Source: Clostridia bacterium (lineage in GTDB: Bacteria; Bacillota; Clostridia; Oscillospirales; CAG-272). From it: a stretch of DNA of 64,000 nt. Both the position numbers and the translations under genes were made by a program. Numbering within the stretch: the stretch's first letter is position 1; each line of letters opens with the position of its first letter. A model generated the notes under the pieces. That model was not told the DNA's origin. It searched no databases and saw only the letters and a program-made list of their open reading frames with translations. Shown here in pieces: positions 53,069 to 62,958 of the stretch. Where the stretch lies: NCBI GenBank assembly GCA_017631855.1, contig JAGBSP010000033.1:13461-77460 (forward strand), read 5' to 3'.

Positions 53069-54367
53069 ATGATTTGGTCAAAAGAAGAAACATTACCCAG
53101 AGAAGAACTTGAAAAATTACAGTTGGAGCGCTTGCAGGAAACCGTCCACCGCGTTTACGCCAAGGTTGCTCCCTACCGCGCAAAAATGGATGCGGCAGGT
53201 GTCAAGCCTGAGGATATTCAATCTCTTGCGGATCTGAAAAAGCTTCCCTTCGTTACGAAGCAGGATATGCGTGATACTTATCCCTTTGGTCTGTTTGCCG
53301 TCGATCGCGACGAGCTCGTAAGAATTCACGCCTCGAGCGGAACGACGGGCAAGCCGACCGTTGTCGGTTATACGAAAAAGGATCTGGAAATCTGGACCGA
53401 ATGCGTTTCGCGTATCGCTTGTATGGGCGGCGCGTCCTCGCACGACGTAGCACAGATCTGCTTCGGTTACGGAATGTTTACGGGTGCGCTCGGTCTGCAC
53501 TACGGCTTGGAAAATATCGGAGCCGTCATCGTGCCCTCTTCGACAGGAAATTCCGAAAAGCAAATTATGTACATGCAGGATTTTGAAACCTCGCTGCTCG
53601 TTGCCACCCCCTCGTACGCACTGCGTCTTGCCGAGGTTGCAAGAGAGATGGGCGTGGATCCCATCAAGGATCTGAAGGTCAAGATCGCCCTCGTCGGAAG
53701 CGAAATGCTCACCGACGCGATGCGTGAGGAAATGCATAAATATTGGGGCAAGGATCTGCTCATCACCTCGAACTACGGTATGAGTGAGCTGATGGGTCCC
53801 GGCGTTTCGGGTGAATGTACCGAGCTTTGCGGTATGCACATCAACGAGGACTACTTCCTCCCCGAAATCATCGATCCCGCCACGGGAGAGGTTCTTCCCG
53901 CAGGAGAAAAGGGCGAACTCGTCATCACCTGCATCAAAAAGGAAGGAATTCCGCTCATCCGTTACCGCACCAAGGATATTACCAGACTCTTCTACGAGCC
54001 CTGTAAGTGCGGAAGAACCTTCTGCCGTATGGAAAATCTTTCGGGCAGAAGCGACGACATGCTCAAGATCCGCGGTGTCAACGTCTTCCCGAGTCAGATC
54101 GAAGAGGTCATTCTCGGTGTTGAAGAACTCGGACCTCACTACGAGATCATTCTTGAGCGCGACGGCTACCTCGACAAGATGACCATCAAGGTCGAGCTTG
54201 CGCAAAGCACCGACTCTTTCTCGGTATTGGAGCGAATTTCCACTACCGTAAGGAATAAATTAAGGGTGATTCTGGGACTTGATGCTAAGGTTCTTCTGGT
54301 ATCGCCCAACACCCTTCAGCGCTTTGAGGGCAAAGCAAAACGAGTAAAGGATTTAAGAAACAAATAA
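53069..54367 (+). CDS. paaK: phenylacetate-CoA ligase family (PaaK-like) adenylate-forming enzyme
   Basis: [22 protein letters not shown], and RYRTKDIT ... CKCGRTFCRM ... [20 protein letters not shown]. Confidence 0.9.
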   Translation: MIWSKEETLPREELEKLQLERLQETVHRVYAKVAPYRAKMDAAGVKPEDIQSLADLKKLPFVTKQDMRDTYPFGLFAVDRDELVRIHASSGTTGKPTVVGYTKKDLEIWTECVSRIACMGGASSHDVAQICFGYGMFTGALGLHYGLENIGAVIVPSSTGNSEKQIMYMQDFETSLLVATPSYALRLAEVAREMGVDPIKDLKVKIALVGSEMLTDAMREEMHKYWGKDLLITSNYGMSELMGPGVSGECTELCGMHINEDYFLPEIIDPATGEVLPAGEKGELVITCIKKEGIPLIRYRTKDITRLFYEPCKCGRTFCRMENLSGRSDDMLKIRGVNVFPSQIEEVILGVEELGPHYEIILERDGYLDKMTIKVELAQSTDSFSVLERISTTVRNKLRVILGLDAKVLLVSPNTLQRFEGKAKRVKDLRNK

Positions 54368-54379
54368 GGAGTAAATACC

Positions 54380-56119
54380 ATGGCAAAGAAAACCATTATG
54401 CTTGGAAATGAAGCCATCGCAAGAGGCGCATTTGAAGCAGGCGTCAAGGTTTCGAGCGCGTACCCCGGTACCCCCTCGACCGAGATCAGCGAATATCTTG
54501 CAAAATACGAAGAAGTTTATACCGAATGGGCACCCAACGAAAAGGTTGCCGCTGAGGTTGCCATCGGCGCGTCGATCGCAGGCGTAAGAAGTATGGCTTG
54601 TATGAAGCACGTCGGACTGAACGTTGCGGCAGACCCTCTCTACACCTTTGCTTATACGGGTGTTGGCGGCGGCTCGGTCATCGTCGTTGCAGACGATCCC
54701 GGTCTTGCCAGCTCGCAGAACGAGCAGGATACGAGAATGATCGCCCGTGCGGCACACGTTCCCGTACTCGAGCCCTCGGATTCTCAGGAAGCCAAGGACT
54801 TTATGAAGTATGCTTACGAGCTGAGTGAAGCATACGATACCCCCGTCATTCTTCGCACCACCACCAAGCTTGCACACTCTCAGAGCACCGTGGAGCTTTG
54901 TGATCGCGTAGAGGTTGAAACCAAAAAATACGAGCGTAGCGTTCCGAAGTTCGTTATGATGCCCGCCTCTGCAATTGGACGTCACCTCGTTGTCGAGGAT
55001 CGCGAAAACCGTATGGCAAAGGATGCCGCTTCCTTCCCCATCAACCGTATGGAAATGGGAGACACCGAGATCGGCTTTATTACCTGCGGTATTGCATATC
55101 AGTACGTCAAGGAGGTCTGCCCGAACGCAAGCGTGCTCAAGCTTGGTCTGGTCAATCCGATCTCCCGTGAGCTCGTTGAGGAATTTTGCGGCAAGGTAAA
55201 GACGGTTTACGTCTTTGAGGAGCTTGAGCCCGTCATCGAGGAGCAGGTCCGCGCTTGGGGCTTCTCTGTCAAGGGCAAGGAGTGCTTCACCCGTCAGGGC
55301 GAATACAGCGCAAATCTTCTCAAAAAGGTACTCTACGGAGCTGACGACGCGGTATTTGCCAAGGCAGATACGCCCAACCGTCCTCCGATTCTCTGCCCCG
55401 GTTGTCCCCACAGAAGCGTATTCTCGGTACTGAACAAGCTGAAGATCCACGCTGCTGGCGACATCGGCTGCTACACGCTCGGAGCGGTCGCTCCCCTGAG
55501 CGTCATTGATACGACGATCTGTATGGGCGCAAGTATTTCCACCCTGCACGGTATGGAAAAGGCATGCGGCGAGGGATACGTAAAGAACTGGGTTGCCGTC
55601 ATCGGTGACTCGACCTTCTTACATACGGGTATCAATTCTCTGATCAATATGGTCTACAACAAGGCGACCGGCACCGTAATGATTCTCGACAACCGCACGA
55701 CGGGTATGACGGGACATCAGGAGCACGCCGCAACGGGTAAGACGCTCAAGGGCGAAGACACGAATGCCGTGGATCTCGCTGAGCTTTGTCACGCCGTCGG
55801 CGTCAAGAACGTCATTGAGGTCAATGCCTTTGACGTTGTCGAGCTTGAGCGCATCGTCAAGGAAAGCGTCGCAAGCGATACGCTGACCGTCATTATCACG
55901 AAATCGCCCTGCGTGCTTCTCAAGGGACAGAAGTTCCCGAACCGCTGTGCCGTCAATCCCGACGCTTGCCGCAAGTGCGGTGCTTGTATGAAGATCGGAT
56001 GCCCCGCAATGACGCGTGGCGAGGACGGAAAGGTCCGCATTGACGAAACGATGTGTAACGGCTGCGGACTCTGCAAAAACTATTGTAAATTCAACGCAAT
56101 CGAAACGGTGGTGAGATAA
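54380..56119 (+). CDS. iorA: indolepyruvate:ferredoxin oxidoreductase, alpha subunit
   Basis: MLGNEAIARGAFEAGV ... YPGTPSTEI, CPGCPHRS, the TPP motif GDSTFLHTG, and C-terminal 2x[4Fe-4S] CRKCGACMKIGC / CNGCGLCKNYC. Confidence 0.9.
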   Translation: MAKKTIMLGNEAIARGAFEAGVKVSSAYPGTPSTEISEYLAKYEEVYTEWAPNEKVAAEVAIGASIAGVRSMACMKHVGLNVAADPLYTFAYTGVGGGSVIVVADDPGLASSQNEQDTRMIARAAHVPVLEPSDSQEAKDFMKYAYELSEAYDTPVILRTTTKLAHSQSTVELCDRVEVETKKYERSVPKFVMMPASAIGRHLVVEDRENRMAKDAASFPINRMEMGDTEIGFITCGIAYQYVKEVCPNASVLKLGLVNPISRELVEEFCGKVKTVYVFEELEPVIEEQVRAWGFSVKGKECFTRQGEYSANLLKKVLYGADDAVFAKADTPNRPPILCPGCPHRSVFSVLNKLKIHAAGDIGCYTLGAVAPLSVIDTTICMGASISTLHGMEKACGEGYVKNWVAVIGDSTFLHTGINSLINMVYNKATGTVMILDNRTTGMTGHQEHAATGKTLKGEDTNAVDLAELCHAVGVKNVIEVNAFDVVELERIVKESVASDTLTVIITKSPCVLLKGQKFPNRCAVNPDACRKCGACMKIGCPAMTRGEDGKVRIDETMCNGCGLCKNYCKFNAIETVVR

Positions 56120-56120
56120 A

Positions 56121-56696
56121 ATGACGAAAAATATTATGATTGTCGGTGTTGGCGGACAAGGTACGCTTCTCACCAGCAGAATTATCGGAAAGACCGCAAT
56201 GGAGATGGGACTTGACGTCAAGATCTCCGAGGTGCACGGAATGGCACAGCGCGGCGGAAGCGTCGTTACCTTCGTTCGCTTTGGCGAGAAGGTATACGAA
56301 CCTGTCGTTGAAGAAGGTCAGGCAGACGTCATCATCGCATTTGAGCGTTTGGAGGCACTCCGCTATGCTCATTTCCTCAAGAAGGACGGCGTTCTCGTCG
56401 TCAACGATTGCCGCATTGATCCGATGACCGTCGTCATCGGCGCAAAGCAGTATCCCGCCGAGATCCTTGAAGGATTGAAGCAAGAGCACGAGCTCTACGC
56501 GATTGACGGTCAGTCGATTGCCAAGGAGCTTGGAAACGCCAAGGTGCTCAACTCGGTGGTTCTCGGCTATGCCGCAAAATTCATCGGCTTTGAAAAGGAT
56601 ACGTGGCTTGACGTTATCGCGTCTACCGTTCCTCAAAAGACCATTGAAATCAACCAAAATGCATTTTTAAAGGGTTACGACTCCCATCAGGCATAA
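56121..56696 (+). CDS. iorB: indolepyruvate:ferredoxin oxidoreductase, beta subunit
   Basis: MIVGVGGQGTLLTSRIIG ... VHGMAQRGGSV. Confidence 0.9.
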   Translation: MTKNIMIVGVGGQGTLLTSRIIGKTAMEMGLDVKISEVHGMAQRGGSVVTFVRFGEKVYEPVVEEGQADVIIAFERLEALRYAHFLKKDGVLVVNDCRIDPMTVVIGAKQYPAEILEGLKQEHELYAIDGQSIAKELGNAKVLNSVVLGYAAKFIGFEKDTWLDVIASTVPQKTIEINQNAFLKGYDSHQA

Positions 56697-56724
56697 CCCC
56701 GCATCATCCTAAAGGAGAAGAACC

Positions 56725-58023
56725 ATGATTTGGAATGAAACAAAAGAATGTATGAGTCGGGACGAAATGTCCAACCTGCAAAGCGCAAGACTCGTCAAGC
56801 TCGTCGACTACGTATATCACAACGTAGAATTCTATCGCAAAAAAATGCAAGCCGTCGACCTGATGCCCGGGGACATCAAGAGCATCGAGGATCTCTCGAA
56901 GCTTCCCTTCACCACCAAGGACGATCTGCGCGACAACTATCCCTTTGGACTCTTTGCCGTACCCAATTCCGAGATCGTACGTATTCACGCATCGAGCGGA
57001 ACGACGGGCAAGGCAACCGTTGTAGGCTATACCCGCCACGACCTTGAAATTTGGTCGGAATGTGTGGCAAGATGCCTTACGATGGCAAACGTAGGAAAGG
57101 ATGACGTCATTCAGATCGCTTACGGCTACGGACTCTTTACGGGCGGTCTTGGCGCACACAGCGGTGCGGAAAAGATCGGAGCCACCGTCGTTCCGATGAG
57201 CACGGGTAACTCCAAGAAGCTGACGACGATGATGATCGACTTCGGCGCCACCGCGATTGCTTGTACTCCATCGTATCTCTTACATATCTCCGAAGTGCTT
57301 GCCGAGGAAAAGCTCCTTGACAAGATCAAGCTCAAATCCGCAATCTGCGGTGCTGAGCCTTGGACCGAAAAAATGCGTCACGAGATCGAATCCCGTCTGA
57401 ACATCAAGGCGTACGACATTTACGGCTTGAGCGAGGTCATGGGTCCCGGTGTTGCCTGCGACTGTGAATATCACAAGGGTCTGCACGTCTGTGAGGATCA
57501 CTTCTATCCCGAGGTTCTCAACTCCGCAACGCTTACGGCGGTTGCTCCCGGAGAAACGGGTGAGCTTGCCTTCACAACGCTGACCAAGGAAGGAATTCCG
57601 CTGATCCGTTACAGAACCAAGGATCTGACGAGCATCAGCTACGACACCTGCGAATGCGGCAGAACCAGCGCAAGAATTTCGCGCTTCAAGGGACGCGTGG
57701 ACGATATGCTCATCATCCGCGGCGTCAATGTCTTCCCGAGCCAGATCGAGGCGGCGCTCGTTGAGGTAGAGGAGGTTACTCCTCACTATATGATGATCGT
57801 TGACCGTGTCAACAATCTCGATACGCTCGAGGTTCAGGTGGAGCTCGATCCGAAGTATTACACCGACGAGATCCGCACACTTCAGTTGCTCAACAAAAAG
57901 ATCGCGCACGTCATTCAGCAGGCACTCGGCATCAGCGCAAAGGTCAAGATCGTAGAGCCGCAAACCCTCGTTCGCAGCGAAGGAAAAGCAGTTCACGTCA
58001 TCGATAACCGCAAATTATATTGA
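56725..58023 (+). CDS. paaK: phenylacetate-CoA ligase family enzyme (second paralogue)
   Basis: [22 protein letters not shown], and RYRTKDLT ... [10 protein letters not shown] ... [20 protein letters not shown]. Confidence 0.9.
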   Translation: MIWNETKECMSRDEMSNLQSARLVKLVDYVYHNVEFYRKKMQAVDLMPGDIKSIEDLSKLPFTTKDDLRDNYPFGLFAVPNSEIVRIHASSGTTGKATVVGYTRHDLEIWSECVARCLTMANVGKDDVIQIAYGYGLFTGGLGAHSGAEKIGATVVPMSTGNSKKLTTMMIDFGATAIACTPSYLLHISEVLAEEKLLDKIKLKSAICGAEPWTEKMRHEIESRLNIKAYDIYGLSEVMGPGVACDCEYHKGLHVCEDHFYPEVLNSATLTAVAPGETGELAFTTLTKEGIPLIRYRTKDLTSISYDTCECGRTSARISRFKGRVDDMLIIRGVNVFPSQIEAALVEVEEVTPHYMMIVDRVNNLDTLEVQVELDPKYYTDEIRTLQLLNKKIAHVIQQALGISAKVKIVEPQTLVRSEGKAVHVIDNRKLY

Positions 58024-58041
58024 TTTTCAGGAGGAATTATC

Positions 58042-58473
58042 ATGCTTGCAAAACAGTTAACGGTATTTATTGAAAACAGAACCGGTCGTCTTTGTGAGGT
58101 TCTCAACGTATTGAAGCAGAACAAGGTCAATATTCTCTCGCTCAGCCTTGCGGACACCACCGAATACGGCTTGCTCCGTCTGATCGTGGATCAGCCTGCG
58201 CTCGGCAAAGAAAAGCTGACCGAAAACGGTTTTTCTTCCCTGCTCTCCGAGGTTTCGATCATCAAGATTCCGCACAAAGCAGGAAGCTTGCAGGAGCTTC
58301 TCAAGGCGATCGAAGAGGGCGGTGTCAATATCGAATATATGTACGGTCTTTCGATTGAGGATGACGAGGCATACGTCGTGCTCAAGGCATCCGATGCGGC
58401 AAAGATCGAAGAAATCTTCGCGGATTACGAAATCACGACCGTCTCTAGCGAACATCTGCATGGCTTGAACTAA
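58042..58473 (+). CDS. tandem ACT-domain (amino-acid-binding) protein
   Basis: 143 aa. QLTVFIENRTGRLCEVLNVLKQNKVNILSLS and IIKIPHKAGSLQELLKAIEEGGVNIEYMY are two ACT-like beta-alpha-beta units. Confidence 0.82.
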   Translation: MLAKQLTVFIENRTGRLCEVLNVLKQNKVNILSLSLADTTEYGLLRLIVDQPALGKEKLTENGFSSLLSEVSIIKIPHKAGSLQELLKAIEEGGVNIEYMYGLSIEDDEAYVVLKASDAAKIEEIFADYEITTVSSEHLHGLN

Positions 58474-58492
58474 AACAAGACAACGATAAAAA

Positions 58493-59305
58493 ATGATGAT
58501 TGATTTTCATACACACGTTTTTCCCGATAAAATTGCGGAACGAACGGTAGCACTTCTTGCGAAGCAAGGTGGTTTTCCTACGTTTTCCAACGGCTTTGTT
58601 TCGGGACTTCTTGAAAAAATGGAGGAAGCCGACGTTGATCTCTCGGTCAACCTTCCCGTCATGACAAGCCCCTCGCAGTTTGACAGCCTCAACCGCTTTG
58701 CTGCCGAGCTCAACCAAACCTTTGCAGACAAGGAACGCCGCATCATTTCCTTTGCCGGAATTCATCCGATGTGCGAAGACCTTGAGGCAAAGATGAAGTG
58801 GATCAAGGAGCAAGGATTTCTCGGCGTTAAGATCCATCCCGATTATCAGGACACCTATATCAACGCCGAGCCCTATGTGAGAATTCTCCGCGCGGCAAAG
58901 GAAGAGGATCTGATCGTCGTAACCCACGCAGGTGTCGACGACGGCTATCCGCACTCCCCCGTACACTGCACCCCCGAACGAACGATGGATCTGATCCGCA
59001 AGGTACGGCACTCCAAGTTTGTTCTGGCGCATTACGGCGGAAACCGTATGCCCGAGGACGTATTTGATATTCTTGCGGGAGAGGACGTTTATTTCGATAC
59101 GGCGTACCTTCTCCGCTTCCTTAAAAAAGAAGATTTTCTCCGCATTCTGGAAAAGCACGGCGACGATCGCATTCTGTTTGCCAGCGACTCTCCGTGGAGC
59201 GATATTCGCGGGGATATTGAAATTATTCGCTCTTATGCGTTACCGACAAGCACCGAGCAAAAGATTCTTTCTGAGAATGCAAAAAAATTGCTTGGGCTAA
59301 ATTAA
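58493..59305 (+). CDS. amidohydrolase-family (TIM-barrel metal-dependent hydrolase) protein
   Basis: N-terminal IDFHTHVFP (H-x-H metal motif), then later HAG.. and FASDSPW. Confidence 0.8.
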   Translation: MMIDFHTHVFPDKIAERTVALLAKQGGFPTFSNGFVSGLLEKMEEADVDLSVNLPVMTSPSQFDSLNRFAAELNQTFADKERRIISFAGIHPMCEDLEAKMKWIKEQGFLGVKIHPDYQDTYINAEPYVRILRAAKEEDLIVVTHAGVDDGYPHSPVHCTPERTMDLIRKVRHSKFVLAHYGGNRMPEDVFDILAGEDVYFDTAYLLRFLKKEDFLRILEKHGDDRILFASDSPWSDIRGDIEIIRSYALPTSTEQKILSENAKKLLGLN

Positions 59306-59316
59306 GGGGATCTATT

Positions 59317-60513
59317 ATGGCTTATAATCAAAAAATGTTTGCGCTTGGCTCCAAGCGATCGATCATTCGTGAAATTTTCGAATACAGCAAGACACGTGCC
59401 GCCGAAATCGGTGCGGAAAACGTCTATGATTTCAGCTTGGGTAACCCAAGCGTTCCCGCCCCTCGCGAGGTGGGCGAAACGATCCGCGAGCTGCTTGATA
59501 CCGAAAGCTCGGTGCTTCTGCACGGCTACACCTCGGCACAGGGAGATCTCGGCGTTCGTACGAAAATTGCGGACTCCATCAAAGCTCGTTTTGGCATCCA
59601 GACGATAACTCCCAATCATATCTATATGACTTGTGGTGCCGCCGCTTCGCTTTCGATCTGTCTGAAGGCGGTCATCGAGGAAGGTGCCGACGACGAGTGC
59701 ATCGTCTTTGCTCCCTTCTTTACCGAATACCGAGTATTCATTGAGAATGCAGGCGGTAAAATCGTGGTCAGCCAGCCGATGGAAAAGACCTTTGCTGTGG
59801 ATATTTCCGACTTTGAGGCAAAGATCAACGAGCACACGAAGGCGGTCATCGTCAACTCGCCCAACAACCCAAGCGGCGTGGTCTATACCGAGGAAACCAT
59901 CAAGGCTCTCTGCGAGGTGCTTCGCAGAAAATCGGCAGAATACGGACACGTGATCTATCTGATCGCCGACGAGCCCTACCGTGAGCTCGTATATTCCGAC
60001 GTTAGCGTTCCTTATTTGATGAACTACTACGAGAACACGCTGGTTTGCTACTCCTACTCGAAATCACTGTCGCTCCCCGGTGAGCGAATCGGCTATATTG
60101 CCGTTTCCCCCGAGATGCAGGACGGCACAAACATCTACCTTGCCGTCTGCGGTGCAGGTCGCTCGCTCGGCTACGTTTGCGCACCGAGTATGTTCCAGCA
60201 GGTCATCGCGCGTTGCATTGACGCGAAGGTCGATATTGAGATCTACCGCGAAAACCGCGATCTGCTCTACAACAATCTGACCTCCTACGGTTATGAATGC
60301 GTCAAGCCCGACGGAGCCTTCTATCTCTTTGTCAAGGCGCTTGAGGATGACGCGACGGCGTTCTACGAAAGAGCCAAGGCACACGAGCTTCTCGTGGTTC
60401 CCTGCGACGATTTCGGTGTCAAGGGCTACGTCAGAATTGCATACTGCGTAGACAAGCAAAGAGTTCTCAATGCACTTCCCGCATTCGAAGCACTTGCAAA
60501 AGAATACAAATAA
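59317..60513 (+). CDS. pyridoxal-phosphate-dependent aminotransferase, class I/II
   Basis: NFSLGNPSVP, VNSPNNPSG, and YSYSKSLSLPGERIGY, where S-K is the PLP lysine. Confidence 0.9.
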   Translation: MAYNQKMFALGSKRSIIREIFEYSKTRAAEIGAENVYDFSLGNPSVPAPREVGETIRELLDTESSVLLHGYTSAQGDLGVRTKIADSIKARFGIQTITPNHIYMTCGAAASLSICLKAVIEEGADDECIVFAPFFTEYRVFIENAGGKIVVSQPMEKTFAVDISDFEAKINEHTKAVIVNSPNNPSGVVYTEETIKALCEVLRRKSAEYGHVIYLIADEPYRELVYSDVSVPYLMNYYENTLVCYSYSKSLSLPGERIGYIAVSPEMQDGTNIYLAVCGAGRSLGYVCAPSMFQQVIARCIDAKVDIEIYRENRDLLYNNLTSYGYECVKPDGAFYLFVKALEDDATAFYERAKAHELLVVPCDDFGVKGYVRIAYCVDKQRVLNALPAFEALAKEYK

Positions 60514-60555
60514 AAAAAGAAATCCATCGGCGATGCCGATGGATTTCTTTTTTTA
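60513..60555. terminator. bidirectional terminator
   Basis: AGAAATCCATCGGC / GCCGATGGATTTCT, flanked by A7 and T7. Confidence 0.8.
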
Positions 60556-60559
60556 TGAT

Positions 60560-62041
60560 TTACTGAAGATCGTCTTTGTTCTTTCCAAACTTCGTCAGAG
60601 TTACAACCATACCGCCGAGCGCGAAGAGCGCAATTGCGTTGGGCAGAACCATCAGATAGTTTGCAAGGTCGGTCAGCTCCCAAACGAGGTCGTTCTGGAA
60701 TGCCGAGCCAAGGAATACGAATACGATCGCGATGATCGAGTAGATGGTAACCGACTTCTTACCGAAGAGGTTCATAAAGTTCACCTTACCGAAGTAGTTC
60801 CAGCTCAGGATCGTCGAGAATGCGAAGAAGAGCAGACATACGGCAACGAAAATATTACCGATCATCGTACCTGCGCTCTCACCAAAGAGCTTTGCAAAGG
60901 TCATACCGAATGCGCTCTGCGCCATGGTTGCGTTAGAAATACCTGCGTTACCAAGCGCGTAGGTATCGGGAGTGATCGTACCGTTGCAGTAAAGCGTCGA
61001 GATAACGACGAGAGCCGTCATGGTCAGAACGACGAAGGTGTCGATGAACACACCGATCATTGCGGTGGTACCCTGGTCGTGAGGCTTCTTTACGTTTGCA
61101 AGAGCATGTGCGTGAGGCGTCGAACCCATACCTGCTTCGTTGGAGAACAGACCTCTCTTTGCACCCTGCGTGATCGCCTTAGCGATTGCCGCACCGAATG
61201 CACCGCCGATCAGTGCCTGAGGCTGGAATGCATACTTGAAGATCATACCGAATGCAGCGGGAACGTCCGTGATGTTGATTGCGAGAACGAACAGACCGCC
61301 AACGATGTAGAGAAGAGCCATGATCGGAACGAGCTTCTCGGTAACAGACGCAAGACGCTGTACACCGCCAAGAAGAACGAAGCCTGCAACTGCGGCAACG
61401 ATTGCACCAACGAGCAGCATAATCCAGTTGAGCTCCAGACCTGCAAAGGTGAAGGAAGCGTCAACGCCTGCCGTGCTGAATACGTTTGCAAAGTTCGAAG
61501 CAATCGAGTTGGACTGAACCATTGCACCGACAAAGCCGAGTGCGATCACGGTTGCGATCGAGAAGAATACGGCAAGGAACTTACCGAATTTGCCCTTGAA
61601 TGCTGCCTTGATATAGTTTACAGGACCGCCTTCGATCGAGCCGTCTGCATTGACGACACGCGTCTTCTGAGCGAGAACTGCCTCCGCGTAAATCGTTGCC
61701 ATGCCGAGGAATGCGATGATCCACATCCAGAAGATCGCACCGGGACCGCCAACGAGGATTGCGCCGCAGGCACCGACGATGTTACCCGTACCGACCTGAG
61801 CCGCAATTGCGGTAGCAAGCGCCTGGAACGAAGACATACCGCTTTCATTCTTAGCGCCCTTGAACTTGATGTTACCAAAAACGTTCTTCATTCCTTCGCC
61901 AAAGCAGCGAACCTGTACAAATTTCGTACGAATGGTGAAGAACAGACCTACGCCGACCAAAAGAATGATCAGAACGTAGTTGGATAAGTAAGTGTTGATT
62001 GTCACTACGACATTGTAGAGAGCATCCATAAACTTGTCCAT
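60560..62041 (-). CDS. sodium:alanine/glycine symporter (AGCS family)
   Basis: Multi-TM protein with GTGNIVG and FSNEAGMGSTPHAHA signatures. The start is moved to the ATG at 62039-62041 (MDKFMDALYN). The upstream 106 codons of the track ORF cover the riboswitch. Confidence 0.9.
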   Translation of the reverse strand: MDKFMDALYNVVVTINTYLSNYVLIILLVGVGLFFTIRTKFVQVRCFGEGMKNVFGNIKFKGAKNESGMSSFQALATAIAAQVGTGNIVGACGAILVGGPGAIFWMWIIAFLGMATIYAEAVLAQKTRVVNADGSIEGGPVNYIKAAFKGKFGKFLAVFFSIATVIALGFVGAMVQSNSIASNFANVFSTAGVDASFTFAGLELNWIMLLVGAIVAAVAGFVLLGGVQRLASVTEKLVPIMALLYIVGGLFVLAINITDVPAAFGMIFKYAFQPQALIGGAFGAAIAKAITQGAKRGLFSNEAGMGSTPHAHALANVKKPHDQGTTAMIGVFIDTFVVLTMTALVVISTLYCNGTITPDTYALGNAGISNATMAQSAFGMTFAKLFGESAGTMIGNIFVAVCLLFFAFSTILSWNYFGKVNFMNLFGKKSVTIYSIIAIVFVFLGSAFQNDLVWELTDLANYLMVLPNAIALFALGGMVVTLTKFGKNKDDLQ

Positions 62042-62074
62042 AGTTTTCTTTCCTTTCTTTGATAAAAAATAAAA

Positions 62075-62255
62075 TTGTAAATAAAATGAAAAAGTCACCG
62101 ACAAAATCGGTGGCTCTGAAAATAAGAAATTGGCAGTCATACGCAAAATAGCGTCGTTTCCGCCTCTGTCCTCTTGCCTGAGAGATTCGGTCAGCTTACG
62201 CCGGCCTTGCACCTTCGGCACCCACTTAAGGGATTCTCCAGAGCTCCTCGGTAAA
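62075..62255 (-). promoter_or_regulatory. glycine riboswitch (single aptamer) with terminator
   Basis: The minus strand reads CTCTGGAGAATCCC ... GGGTGCCGAAGGTGCAAG ... ATCTCTCAGGCAAGAGGACAGAGG, matching the GGAGA / ACCGAAGGxGCAA / CUCAGGCAAxAGGAC consensus. Hairpin CACCGA/TCGGTG (62096-62112) is followed by a T-rich tract. Confidence 0.8.
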
Positions 62256-62317
62256 CGGTTTTGGTGGATGTGATCCAATTCCGCATACGTCATGGGAAAA
62301 TATTCAATAACAGAGTT

Positions 62318-62346
62318 ATTATAACACATAAAAAACCAAAAAGCAA
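62318..62346 (-). promoter_or_regulatory. SigA-type promoter of the riboswitch-symporter unit
   Basis: On the minus strand: TTGCTT (62341-62346), a 17-nt spacer, then TATAAT (62318-62323). Confidence 0.55.
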
Positions 62347-62361
62347 TACCTTTTTGCATAT

Positions 62362-62399
62362 TTTTTCAAAAAAAATTGCCGTTTTTTGCGGCAATTTTT
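62362..62399 (-). terminator. intrinsic terminator after the nitroreductase gene
   Basis: AAAAATTGCCG / CGGCAATTTTT, followed by a T-run on the minus strand. Confidence 0.75.
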
Positions 62400-62405
62400 G
62401 TTTTT

Positions 62406-62942
62406 TTATTCTTCTCCGACAAATTTGATCAGTTCGGAACACTCTTTTCTCTTTTTGGGACGCAAGCGATCTCCCTCTTTGGCATAGCCAAGGGTAATCA
62501 CAAGACGCACTTTTTGCTCAAGGCCGCAGATCTCACGGATTTTTTCGTCGTCGAGCCATCCGAGGATACACGTACCGAGCCCCTGCGCGGTTGCCTCTGC
62601 CGTCAGATACGCCGCCACGATACCGATATCGATGGAACGGTAGTCGTTCTTCTTCACCTTTGCACCGAGTGCCGCCGTCGGAACGTACGCCTCCTCGGAA
62701 ATGACGATCATCACGGGCGCGTCGGCGGCAAATTTATTCATTCCCATTCCCATCACCGCGGATGCCACTTCCCTTGCCTTTTCGCCATAGCAAACCGTCA
62801 GAGCATACGGCTGACCGTTGCACGCCGACGGCGCGATGCGCGCCGAGGCAAGAATGGCGTCGATTTTCTCCTTTTCGACCTTCTTTGTCGCGTCATAGCT
62901 TCGGCAGGACTGCCGATGTTCTGCAATTTCTGTAAAATTCAT
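62406..62942 (-). CDS. nitroreductase-family protein
   Basis: RQSCRSYD, APSACNGQP and GLGTCILGW. The start is moved to the ATG at 62940-62942 behind GAGGAA. Confidence 0.88.
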   Translation of the reverse strand: MNFTEIAEHRQSCRSYDATKKVEKEKIDAILASARIAPSACNGQPYALTVCYGEKAREVASAVMGMGMNKFAADAPVMIVISEEAYVPTAALGAKVKKNDYRSIDIGIVAAYLTAEATAQGLGTCILGWLDDEKIREICGLEQKVRLVITLGYAKEGDRLRPKKRKECSELIKFVGEE

Positions 62943-62958
62943 TCGTTTTTCCTCATTT

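Noticed and set aside
54353-55549. 398-aa minus-strand ORF. Other long antisense ORFs are also rejected: 47140-48363, 53117-54205, 57280-57996 and 60470-61987.
   Set aside because: All overlap well-supported sense genes (iorA, degV/GNAT, paaK x2, AGCS) on the opposite strand and lack motifs or an RBS.
62042-62359. 106-codon N-terminal extension of the AGCS symporter ORF in the track
   Set aside because: The extension covers the promoter, glycine aptamer and terminator. A good RBS plus ATG (62041) starts the conserved membrane protein.
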